Positions 19,804 to 28,476 of a DNA stretch of 64,000 bases are shown one piece after another. Within the stretch, counting starts at the first letter, position 1; every line of letters starts with the position of its first letter. Origin of the DNA: an uncultured Pseudomonadota bacterium (GTDB taxonomy: Bacteria; Vulcanimicrobiota; Vulcanimicrobiia; Eremiobacterales; Eremiobacteraceae); assembly GCA_963736005.1 (NCBI GenBank), contig CAVTNB010000003.1, positions 1-64,000 on the forward strand, given 5' to 3'. The position numbers were made by a program, and so were the translations under genes. The notes under the pieces are model-generated. The model made no database searches. It saw only the letters and a list, made by a program, of their open reading frames with translations, and was not told the DNA's origin.

Positions 19804-20042
19804 CCATTGTGTCAGCGATCGAAGCCGAAGCTGCCATAGTCACCTTTTTTTCGCTCGGTCTTTGCGTATTCCCGTGCCCGGGCAAGCCCATGAACCAAGT
19901 TGGCGTGAGCGAATGGGACCTCCGACAATAGGGAGTTGGGCTGATGGCTCCATGCGGGCCAAACGTCCTATTCGCCGCACTAAAAAGTCAAGTTGTTCTT
20001 TCCGGCGAATTCATTTTGACACACTTATGTTTGGGAGAGCTT

Positions 20043-20456
20043 ATGCTGCGGAGTGAGCGAGTAACCCAACGTTACGCGTTTCGACCTGACGTTGTTGCGA
20101 CCATGCTCGAAGATGGAGCGGTGCTGCTCGATCTCGACACCAAATATTTCTATCGACTGAATCGAGCAGGTTGGGCCATCGCCCAACTCTTCGAGACTGG
20201 TGCAACGTTGCAAGACGTGCATGCCTACTGTCAGACGTTGGGCGCTGCTTCCTCAGATGCGGACGCCATCAGTTCGTTGGTTGAGGAGCTCTCACGCGAC
20301 AATCTCATCGAAGCGGCGAGCCAGCCGGGGGACGAGCCGGCGCCACGAGAGCCCTTGTCGGTTCCTTGGTCGACGCCCACCATCGAGAAACAAGCAGAAC
20401 CCATGCAGCGTGTTATCATCAGCGCATTCGATCCAAGCGTGCCGCTGGTGGAATGA
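20043..20456 (+). CDS. PqqD-family RiPP recognition element (lasso B1-like) with C-terminal leader-like extension
   Basis: ATG 20043 after GGGAGAG; EDGAVLLDLDTKYFYRLNRAGWAI...SLVEELSRDNLI fits the PqqD/RRE pattern; ~45 extra residues follow. Confidence 0.85.
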   Translation: MLRSERVTQRYAFRPDVVATMLEDGAVLLDLDTKYFYRLNRAGWAIAQLFETGATLQDVHAYCQTLGAASSDADAISSLVEELSRDNLIEAASQPGDEPAPREPLSVPWSTPTIEKQAEPMQRVIISAFDPSVPLVE

Positions 20457-20465
20457 GCACGAGCG

Positions 20466-21470
20466 GTGTCCCTGATCCGCGATGAAATCATAGCCAGGGA
20501 TTTTTGCTGCGGTCCTCTTCAAATAACGCTGCGGGCACAAGACGCCGATCTGTACGCTAAGATCGGGGAGACGTTAGAGCTCTACGATCTTACGTGGGCG
20601 CCGCCACGTCGGCCGGTCAATATCTACGCTCGCAAATCGAATGCCCGTACGCCCGTCTCGAATGGCGATTACCTGCGCTGTGCTCGCATGCTTGTCGACC
20701 ACGTGCCCGCTGGCCTTAACGCATCGACGACCTCGGGTGCGCGCGCGACAGCAACCTTCACCGACCTCGGTGAAACGTGGCACCTCACTGTTCCCGACAG
20801 CCTCGTCGAGGCGGGGAAGCTCGAAGAACTCGAAGACGTCGTTAGTCTCGTTCTAACGACCGGCTGGAGACGCGGTGGTTGGACGCCGATTCACGCCGCC
20901 GCAGTGCTCAAGGAGCAGAGGTGCGTGCTCGTTTGCGCTCCGACCGGAGGCGGCAAGACGACATTAACCGCTGCACTGGTGAGGCGTGGCTGGCAAGTGC
21001 TAGGCGATGACAAGATCCTGCTCCGCATGCGCGACGGGCAGCCTGAGGTTGCGGCACTCTTACACACGTTCAATCTCCACCCAAAGAGCCGCGAATGGTT
21101 CCCAGAAGTGGGCGACCTCGAACGGCTGCCGCGCTATTCTGTGTGGACTGAAAAACGCAAAGTTAGCGTCGTCTCGATTTGGTCGCATGCGCCTGCACAG
21201 ATTGCCATGCCGTCTGTGCTCATCTCCTTGCAGCGGAGCATGGACTATGTCAATGCGCTCATCGAGCCATTAAGCCAGCCCGAGGTGTTGACGACCTTGT
21301 TGAAGCAAACCGTGATACCATCTGACCGCGCGACCGCCAGCGGCATTGTCTCGACCGTGGCGCGTACATCGACGCATTTGCACGGTCTGTCCGTCCAGGT
21401 TCCGACAGATGCTTACCGCGATCCAGCCTTCCTGGCGGCGCTCGAAGGCGCGATCGAGCAACTGCGGTGA
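20466..21470 (+). CDS. HPr-kinase-related P-loop kinase (lasso-cluster kinase type)
   Basis: IHAAAV...APTGGGKTT...LGDD motif set. Confidence 0.8.
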   Translation: MSLIRDEIIARDFCCGPLQITLRAQDADLYAKIGETLELYDLTWAPPRRPVNIYARKSNARTPVSNGDYLRCARMLVDHVPAGLNASTTSGARATATFTDLGETWHLTVPDSLVEAGKLEELEDVVSLVLTTGWRRGGWTPIHAAAVLKEQRCVLVCAPTGGGKTTLTAALVRRGWQVLGDDKILLRMRDGQPEVAALLHTFNLHPKSREWFPEVGDLERLPRYSVWTEKRKVSVVSIWSHAPAQIAMPSVLISLQRSMDYVNALIEPLSQPEVLTTLLKQTVIPSDRATASGIVSTVARTSTHLHGLSVQVPTDAYRDPAFLAALEGAIEQLR

Positions 21471-22375
21471 CAACCGTTAGCGTCATCGTTCCCGCTTACA
21501 ACGCAGCTCCGACAATCGGCGCAATGCTCAACGCACTCCTGCATCAGATCGACGCACCTTCGAACCTCGAGATCATCGTGGTCGATAACGGCTCGACCGA
21601 TGGTACGCGCGAGGTAGTGCGACGCTTCTCGGGCGTCACGTTGCTCGCTGAAAGCAAGCGCGGCCCATCAGCGGCACGCAACCGCGGCTTGCACGACGCA
21701 ATAGGTGACCTCATCGTCCACCTTGACGCCGACACGTTGCCAACACGTGCCTGGCTAAGAAATCTCATCGCGCCGTTTTCCAAACCTGAAGTCGTGCTCG
21801 CTGCTGGCCGAACACTGATCTTCCATCCGACCACTGCAGTCGAACGCTACATCGCGGGCGCTGGGTTGTACGAGACGGATCGGGCCATTAGCCGGTTGCC
21901 GTTCCCGTTTGTGCCCTCACTCAACATGGCGGTCCGTCGAAGCGCGGCAGTCAGCATAGGGGGTTGGGCTGAAGACCTGACGACCGCTGAAGACGTCGAC
22001 TTCTCGCACCGCCTACTAAAGATGTATCCTGTCGACATCGCCTATGCTTCGAACGCGATACTTTTTCATCGCGTCCGCGCCACGCAACCGGAGCTCGTGG
22101 CGCTTGCGCGCTCGTACGGCCAAGGCATAGCGCGGATGTATCATCGCTATGGCGACGAAGTGGGCTGGGATGCCATCAAGACCGCAAAGATCAAGAGCCG
22201 GCTTGCGCTACGCGCGCTCATCACGGCAACGTTACGCTGTGCCCAAGCAGTCCGACTTGCCACGACTGCGCAAGTTGAATTCTCCCACTGTCATTTCGTA
22301 TGGTCACGCAACTTCGCTCAAGGCTTTTTTGACGAGTACTATCAGCAACAGCAAACTGCGGTGACACGGTGGTAG
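21467..22375 (+). CDS. Glycosyltransferase family 2
   Basis: VIVPAYN, VVDNGSTD, ARNRG, LDAD, AEDVDF; GTGA overlap with the kinase. Confidence 0.92.
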   Translation: MTTVSVIVPAYNAAPTIGAMLNALLHQIDAPSNLEIIVVDNGSTDGTREVVRRFSGVTLLAESKRGPSAARNRGLHDAIGDLIVHLDADTLPTRAWLRNLIAPFSKPEVVLAAGRTLIFHPTTAVERYIAGAGLYETDRAISRLPFPFVPSLNMAVRRSAAVSIGGWAEDLTTAEDVDFSHRLLKMYPVDIAYASNAILFHRVRATQPELVALARSYGQGIARMYHRYGDEVGWDAIKTAKIKSRLALRALITATLRCAQAVRLATTAQVEFSHCHFVWSRNFAQGFFDEYYQQQQTAVTRW

Positions 22376-22380
22376 GGGGC

Positions 22381-22866
22381 ATGCTCGCGCCCAAATGGAC
22401 ACCGCTCGGATTTGCGCAGCGACTGCGGCGGATCTTTCGCGAGCCTTCAGACTTTTGGTTTGCGGCGACGATGTGCCACTTCATGTGGCACGCGCCCGAG
22501 ATGCTGCGCCGGCGTAATATGCGCGTGTTTCTCGACGAGCTACGTGCGCTTCCGCGACCCAAGGCAACCAGTGCCGAGGCGAGTTTGGAGAGGGTCCAGC
22601 GTCTGCGCCAACTCTGTCTTCGCCTCAAGGTGCTGCGATCGAGAGACAATTGCTACGTCCGTGCCCTCACGTTGTATCGCTTTCTTGACACGGGGCCGGA
22701 CCACGTCAGCATTCATTTTGGAATCGAGCAAAAAGAAGACCCGTTGGAGCGATTGCGCGGTCATGCGTGGGTCTCAGTCAATGGAAGACTCTTTGAGGCA
22801 CCGCCGGACGGCGTGCTGGCAAGAACTAAAGAGGTGCCTCTGGCTCCTGCGGACCTTCGCCAATGA
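22381..22866 (+). CDS. Lasso peptide B2-type transglutaminase-like cysteine peptidase
   Basis: NCYVRAL...FG...GHAWV...E/D, matching the Cys-His-acidic triad pattern of Transglut_core3; ATG after GGGGG. Confidence 0.88.
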   Translation: MLAPKWTPLGFAQRLRRIFREPSDFWFAATMCHFMWHAPEMLRRRNMRVFLDELRALPRPKATSAEASLERVQRLRQLCLRLKVLRSRDNCYVRALTLYRFLDTGPDHVSIHFGIEQKEDPLERLRGHAWVSVNGRLFEAPPDGVLARTKEVPLAPADLRQ

Positions 22867-23993
22867 AAGAGCAGCGGGCAAACGAGCGAGGGGGCTTCGC
22901 CGCGCTTCTCGCGGCCACCACCGCAATCGAGCAATGCAGGCCGGACAACCTGGTCGCCGCCCTGCACATGACGCCACCCCAAGCGCTTCTCAGAGCGGCC
23001 GCGCGCCATCGCTGCCTGGGCTATCTGAGGCGTGGGATCTTGGAATTGGGCGTCCGCGATGATCGCGCAAAGGCACTTGCCGACGCGGTACGCGAGTATG
23101 CAAGCAAAGCAGCGATCCAGGCGTACGCGGTGCGCATACAGCTCAACCAGCTCGTTGAGACGCTAGACGCCGCGGCTGTTCCCTTCGCTCTCCTCAAAGG
23201 AGCGGCGCGCCTCTTTCGGGGCAACAAAGAAGCTGACTACAGTACAATGTACGATCTCGATATTCTCATTCCCAACGTTGAGGTGCACAGGGCGGCCGAC
23301 GTGCTCCAGCATGCTGGTTACCGCGCAATCGTTCCCACGCGAGCACTCGCGCGCTACTGGGCACGACATCATCACATCGCGCCGCTCCACCCACAAGGGC
23401 CGGGGCTTCCCGTCGAACTCCACGTGCAACTTGCCCGGCCCGGGATGCTCTCCATGCCGACGGACTGGCAAGCGTGCGAGCCATACTTCGAACGCGTCGT
23501 CGGACCGGCTGCCCAAGCTCAATGCCTCGATGCGCTCGGAAGCGCAGTACATCTTGTGATCCATGGCGCCGGGATCAAACGTTTGCACGACGCTACCATG
23601 CTGTCGAAAATCATGCGCAGCGACAGCGACATACCGAAACGCGTTTCGGTGGCAATTGCATCCGAACGTTGGCAGCCCGTTGCGTTGCAGTCCGTTGCGG
23701 CGTTGAGCAGCCAAATGGCAGGCTTGCAGCCCAGGATGACACCGCAGGTCGAACGCTACCTCGCATGGGTGATGCGACGTGAAGATCTTTCACCGTACGT
23801 TCGCGACCGATCGCAATTCACCGACGCATGGTACAGCAACGGGGGCAAGCTTTGGGGGCCGGCCACGCGCGAAGCTTTGCCAACCGCTGAAGCCGAACGA
23901 GACATCGTAACGTCTTCCGCGCGGTTTGTGCTGCGGCTCATCGGACGAATCATCACCGGCGTTCTCGCCGCGACGTCTATGGCGCGCTCGTGA
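22863..23993 (+). CDS. Nucleotidyltransferase family protein (NTP_transf_5-like)
   Basis: LLKG...DLDILI...VELH motifs; ATGA overlap with B2. Confidence 0.88.
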   Translation: MKEQRANERGGFAALLAATTAIEQCRPDNLVAALHMTPPQALLRAAARHRCLGYLRRGILELGVRDDRAKALADAVREYASKAAIQAYAVRIQLNQLVETLDAAAVPFALLKGAARLFRGNKEADYSTMYDLDILIPNVEVHRAADVLQHAGYRAIVPTRALARYWARHHHIAPLHPQGPGLPVELHVQLARPGMLSMPTDWQACEPYFERVVGPAAQAQCLDALGSAVHLVIHGAGIKRLHDATMLSKIMRSDSDIPKRVSVAIASERWQPVALQSVAALSSQMAGLQPRMTPQVERYLAWVMRREDLSPYVRDRSQFTDAWYSNGGKLWGPATREALPTAEAERDIVTSSARFVLRLIGRIITGVLAATSMARS

Positions 23994-25351
23994 CTTCGAC
24001 TACTCCCAGCACAACGATCGCCCAAACGAGTATGCGAACGTTCGTCGCGCGCCTGATCGTCACCGTACTCTCGGTGGTCACCGGTATCGTCGCTGCGAAG
24101 TGGCTTGGTCCCATCGGCAAGGGTGCCTACAGCGGCACGATCATGCTGGTTTCGATCGTGATGGTCGCGCCGGCCGGCATTAGTACTGCCATCACGTACG
24201 CGCTCACCAAGCAGCGTCGAGATCTCTCCGAACTCTTGCCATCTGCCGGAGTGCTCCTAGTGTTGATCTCCGCTTTGGCGTGGATCGGTGCGTTAGCCTG
24301 GGGTCTCCTGCGCGGTTGGAATCCGGTACTGTCGATCTTTGTGGCGGCCGTGCCACCCTCGATCGTACTCTCGTGGCAAGGCGGGTTGTATGTCGGCCTT
24401 GGCCGCTTACGCAATCTCAACGCGCAATTGGTAGCTTTGGCTCTCGCCACTCTGTGTGCAGTGCTCGCCGTCGTCAGCGTCTTTCATGGGAGTGCAATCG
24501 GTGCGTTGTGGGCGTGGGTTGTCTGTCTTTACGGCGCGGCCTTTGTGGTCATCTGGCATGTGTTCGCGCTTAGCCGCCGGCGCTCGCGCGCACTACCAGT
24601 TGGGCAGATCACCTCTGGTCTAGTTCGCTTTGGAACTCAATCCAGCGTGAATCTTTTCTTGGGAGCGGTGAATTACCGCATTGACTCCATCATCTTGATC
24701 GCCCTTATGGGAACCGCGACCTTCGGAATCTACTCGATTGCCGTGGGTTTCGGCGAGCAGCTTTTCTCATTGACTCGCCCCATTACCGCAGCCATCAGCC
24801 GCGATATCGGGATCAATGATGCAACGGCTTCCGCTGCTATAACGGCCAAAGTTATCCGAACCTGTACGGCTCTCGTTGCAGCGGTTTCTGTGGTCGCGTT
24901 TGTTTTTGGACCTTGGCTTATCGACGCGGTCTATGGAACGCGCTTTCGCGACGCCACGATACCCCTCCGTATCCTCATACCTGGCATCGTCGCGTTCTCG
25001 ACCGCAGGTACTTTCGCCGCCTTCTTCATCCTCCAAGTCGGGAGGCCGCTGATCATATCAGCAGTCAACCTTGCGATGATCGTGGTCCAGGCGCTCATGT
25101 GTTTCGCCCTGGTCCCTCGCTTCGGCATGAGCGGCGCGGCGTTCGCGTCAACCATCACCTACGTCTGTGGAGCGTTGATGAACACCGCGTGGTTTTGCCG
25201 AATGACGCGAACTAGTTTCTGGGATGTTTGGATCGTTCGACCCAATGACATTGAAGCAGTACGCAGAGGAATGCTTGAGAGCGTTGACTTCGCGGCACGA
25301 CGTTTGCGGCCGCGCACCGCGCAGGGCGCAACCAGGAGCGATGCTCGCTAG
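23990..25351 (+). CDS. Wzx/MOP-superfamily oligosaccharide flippase
   Basis: ~12 TM; WLGPxxxG, RIDxIIL, GIYSIA, LVPRFGMSGAAFAS; GTGA overlap with the nucleotidyltransferase. Confidence 0.85.
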   Translation: MTSTTPSTTIAQTSMRTFVARLIVTVLSVVTGIVAAKWLGPIGKGAYSGTIMLVSIVMVAPAGISTAITYALTKQRRDLSELLPSAGVLLVLISALAWIGALAWGLLRGWNPVLSIFVAAVPPSIVLSWQGGLYVGLGRLRNLNAQLVALALATLCAVLAVVSVFHGSAIGALWAWVVCLYGAAFVVIWHVFALSRRRSRALPVGQITSGLVRFGTQSSVNLFLGAVNYRIDSIILIALMGTATFGIYSIAVGFGEQLFSLTRPITAAISRDIGINDATASAAITAKVIRTCTALVAAVSVVAFVFGPWLIDAVYGTRFRDATIPLRILIPGIVAFSTAGTFAAFFILQVGRPLIISAVNLAMIVVQALMCFALVPRFGMSGAAFASTITYVCGALMNTAWFCRMTRTSFWDVWIVRPNDIEAVRRGMLESVDFAARRLRPRTAQGATRSDAR

Positions 25352-25432
25352 AGCGAGTCGTACAGACCCCGTCCCTGAGCCTCACCGGCGAAATCTGCCA
25401 GCTGTCATATCGTTCTGATCGCGGTTGCGATT

Positions 25433-28267
25433 TTGGGGCTCCTCCATCGCGCTTTCCGAAGTTTTGGGGGTCTCCTTGCGGCGCAAAGAGAAACCTTTCC
25501 CACAGTGGATACCACCACCGTTATCTTGTTATTTACGGATATCCAAGGCAGCACGACGCGGTGGGAGCGCGACCGTAGCGCAATGGGCGCAGCAGTCCGC
25601 CGTCACGACGAACTCATGAGCGCCGCGATTGCAGCATCCCGCGGACGCGTCTTCAAGACGGTGGGCGATCAATTCTGCGCATCCTTCTCTACCATCTCCG
25701 ACTCAATCGAAGCGGCTGTCCAGGCTCAGCGGGCCTTAGCGGCCGAGGACTGGAGCGCTGTCGACGGATTAAACGTCCGCATGGCTATTCACGCGGGTTC
25801 AGTCGAGGAGCGCGACGGAGATTACTTTGGTCGACCGCTCAATAAAGTAGCTCGGCTTCTCGGGATTGGTCATGGAGGACAGGTGCTGCTATCGGGCTCG
25901 GCCGCGGATCTGGTTTTGGGCGATCTGCCAGTCGACATACAACTCTCGTATCTTGGGCAACACAGACTCAAAGATTTGGAGGGCGTCGAGCGCGTGTACC
26001 AACTTCGCGCGCCGGATCTGCTCGAGGAGTTTCCGCCGTTACGATCGCTCGAAGAGTTTCCGAACAATCTTCCGCTGCAGCTCACGACCTTTATTGACCG
26101 CCAAGATGACCTCGAGCGGCTTCACAACCATCTCGAAACAACTCGGCTCTTGTCGCTCGTTGGCACGGGAGGCGTTGGAAAGACGCGGTTGACCCTCCAG
26201 CTCGCGGCCGAATCGCTGAGTCGTTTTCCGGATGGTGTGCGGCTCATTGACCTGTCCTTGGTTGGAAGTGACGACGCAGTGGCCGCCGAAGCGGCTTCGA
26301 TCTTATCGGTTCGCGCAAGCGGAGTTCAAAGCGTCACTGAGTCGATTATTCGCGCCATCCGCGACGATCGTCTCCTGTTGATCTTTGACGGGTGCGAACA
26401 CGTCTTGGCTGCCACGGCGGCGCTCGTCGACGCACTTCTCCACTCATGTCCGAAAATCAGCATCATCGCCACATCGCGTCAGGCGCTCGGTGTTGTGGGT
26501 GAGATCGTCTACAACGTAGAGACGCTTGCCGTTCCGCCGGAAGACACGGACGGTGCGACAGCGGCCTTGGGGTACAGCGCCGTCAAGCTCTTTGTGGATC
26601 GTTCGAACGCGGCATCGAGCCGTTTCACCTTAACCGATGGGAATGCAGCGATCGTCGCGCACATCTGTCGCCGCCTAGATGGCATCCCGCTTGCGCTCGA
26701 GTTGGCCGCGGCAAAAACGGCGGTCCTCAGCCTTAAGCAACTTGCGGAAAAGTTGGACGAACGCTTTCGGCTGCTGAGTCACACGAGCAGCAGTCGCCTG
26801 CCGCGTCAGCAAACACTGCGCGCACTGATCGATTGGAGCTTCGATCTGCTGAGCGAGCACGAACGGTCGGTCTTTCGACGCCTATCGGTTTTCGCCGGCG
26901 GGTGGACGCTGCAGGCCGCCGCCGCTGTGTGCGCGGACGAAAGCATTGACGAATGGCGGGTTCTCGAGCTGCTCACTGCACTCGTCTCGAAATCGCTGGT
27001 TGCCGTGGAATCGCGTGGTGACGATCAAGGCTACCGCATGCTCAATTCGATCCGAGAATACAGCCACGAGCGTTTGCTCGGGTCGAACGAGGCCGCAGAC
27101 ATCTCAGCCAAACATGCTCAATATTACGCCGGTTTCGTGAGCGGCTTCGCTCCACTCGTGACGGCACTAGAGGACGTGCAGTGGCAGCATGCGCTGGCAC
27201 CCGAGCTCGATAACATGAGAGCGGCGTTGGACTGGACGATCGTTCGTGGTAACAATGTCAGTTCAGGGCTTCGTTTGCTTGCACAGCTCGAGCACCCCGA
27301 ACTTTTGACGACGCCACAGGAAGCCATCCGTTGGTTTGATGCTGCGATGAAGTTCGTCGAAGAACCTACGGACGCGTTGACGAAAGCCCGCATTCTGCGC
27401 CACTACGTTCGGTTGGAGTGGCTGGTGGGCCGTCCGAGCACGCAGCGCGAAAAGACCGCGACCCACGAACTCACCGCCGCGCGAGCGGCATCCGATCCGG
27501 ACGAGATCGCACTCGCGCTTTGCAATCTGGCCAGCTGCTTTCGCGACTCCAAACACTTCGACGATGCTGAAAGGATTTTTTCCGAGGCGTACCAATCGCC
27601 CCGGGCGCTATCCCGAATCGCTGTGAACTCAATTTTGCGCAATTGGGCCGTGTCAGATCTTCAGCGAGGCGAGGTCGAAATGGCACGCCGGCGTTTCACC
27701 GAAGTTGCGCGTCTGGAGAGACCTGGTAGCGAGGCACACGCCAGCGCCTTGTTGAATCTGGGTGAACTCGAGTTTGCTGTTGGAAACATGCAGGCTGCGC
27801 GAGCGGCTGCGAGCAAGGCCCGAGAAACGCTCGTAACGTTAAACGCTGCGCCAATAGGACTTGTGGTCTGCAATCTCGCGGCGTACGCTCTGGCGGTCGA
27901 TGATTTCGACGAAGCCCGCGATTGGCTCCGAGAAGCGCTTCGCCTGCTAAAAAAGTCGGGCGCACGGTGGATGACCACCGCCTTGGAGCATCACGCTGTG
28001 CTGGCTGGGCTCATCGGCGATCACGAACGCGCGGCTCTGCTCGTAGGCTTCACCGACGCGCGCTACACGAACGACGATGCGCGTCAGCGAACCGAGCAAC
28101 ACGGATACGAACGCCTCATGCGACTTCTGGCGCAGATTTATGATAAGGAAGAACTCGCGGCACTGATGAGCGCTGGGGCTCGGCTTAAAGACGAGCAGGC
28201 ACTGGAGCACGCCGCGGCGATAAGCCAACATACCTCGCAAACGCTGGCGGCGAATGCCGCCGAATAG
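25433..28267 (+). CDS. Class III adenylate/guanylate cyclase - STAND ATPase - TPR-like protein
   Basis: FTDIQGST, KTVGD, DYFG..N..ARL; Walker A GTGGVGKT, Walker B FDGCEH, LDGIPLALELAA; helical repeat C-terminus; true start may be GTG 25505. Confidence 0.9.
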   Translation: MGLLHRAFRSFGGLLAAQRETFPTVDTTTVILLFTDIQGSTTRWERDRSAMGAAVRRHDELMSAAIAASRGRVFKTVGDQFCASFSTISDSIEAAVQAQRALAAEDWSAVDGLNVRMAIHAGSVEERDGDYFGRPLNKVARLLGIGHGGQVLLSGSAADLVLGDLPVDIQLSYLGQHRLKDLEGVERVYQLRAPDLLEEFPPLRSLEEFPNNLPLQLTTFIDRQDDLERLHNHLETTRLLSLVGTGGVGKTRLTLQLAAESLSRFPDGVRLIDLSLVGSDDAVAAEAASILSVRASGVQSVTESIIRAIRDDRLLLIFDGCEHVLAATAALVDALLHSCPKISIIATSRQALGVVGEIVYNVETLAVPPEDTDGATAALGYSAVKLFVDRSNAASSRFTLTDGNAAIVAHICRRLDGIPLALELAAAKTAVLSLKQLAEKLDERFRLLSHTSSSRLPRQQTLRALIDWSFDLLSEHERSVFRRLSVFAGGWTLQAAAAVCADESIDEWRVLELLTALVSKSLVAVESRGDDQGYRMLNSIREYSHERLLGSNEAADISAKHAQYYAGFVSGFAPLVTALEDVQWQHALAPELDNMRAALDWTIVRGNNVSSGLRLLAQLEHPELLTTPQEAIRWFDAAMKFVEEPTDALTKARILRHYVRLEWLVGRPSTQREKTATHELTAARAASDPDEIALALCNLASCFRDSKHFDDAERIFSEAYQSPRALSRIAVNSILRNWAVSDLQRGEVEMARRRFTEVARLERPGSEAHASALLNLGELEFAVGNMQAARAAASKARETLVTLNAAPIGLVVCNLAAYALAVDDFDEARDWLREALRLLKKSGARWMTTALEHHAVLAGLIGDHERAALLVGFTDARYTNDDARQRTEQHGYERLMRLLAQIYDKEELAALMSAGARLKDEQALEHAAAISQHTSQTLAANAAE

Positions 28268-28283
28268 GGAGTAAACAACCAAT

Positions 28284-28469
28284 ATGCCTAGTGCCACACA
28301 AGACCAAGCAGCCCGCAACATCGACGCCCACGAGCAGTCCATCGACGAGCTCCATCGCAAACTGGCCCAGACGCCGGGGGTTGATAAAGAGCGCCTTCAA
28401 AAAGCCACCGATAAATACAAGGCAGCTCACAAGCAATTCCGCGACGACGCGCTCGGGTGCATGAACTAA
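28284..28469 (+). CDS. Small helical hypothetical protein (61 aa)
   Basis: GGGAG RBS, 16 nt after the cyclase-STAND stop; amphipathic two-helix pattern. Confidence 0.75.
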   Translation: MPSATQDQAARNIDAHEQSIDELHRKLAQTPGVDKERLQKATDKYKAAHKQFRDDALGCMN

Positions 28470-28476
28470 GAAGCGC

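Noticed and set aside
19890..19931. Short ORF MNQVGVSEWDLRQ upstream of the RRE as a possible precursor
   Set aside because: No RBS, no Y/WxxP motif, too short for leader plus core
20016..20047. TTGACA upstream of the RRE as a promoter
   Set aside because: Best -10 (TATGCT) is 20 bp away and overlaps the start codon
19862..20056. 64-aa ORF (MRIPVPG...) as a possible lasso precursor
   Set aside because: TTG start without RBS, overlaps the RRE start, Arg-rich shadow-like composition, no leader/core pattern
28455..28469. 61-aa protein ends in GCMN, like the GCMNQW repeats nearby
   Set aside because: Four-residue match with no other similarity; likely coincidence
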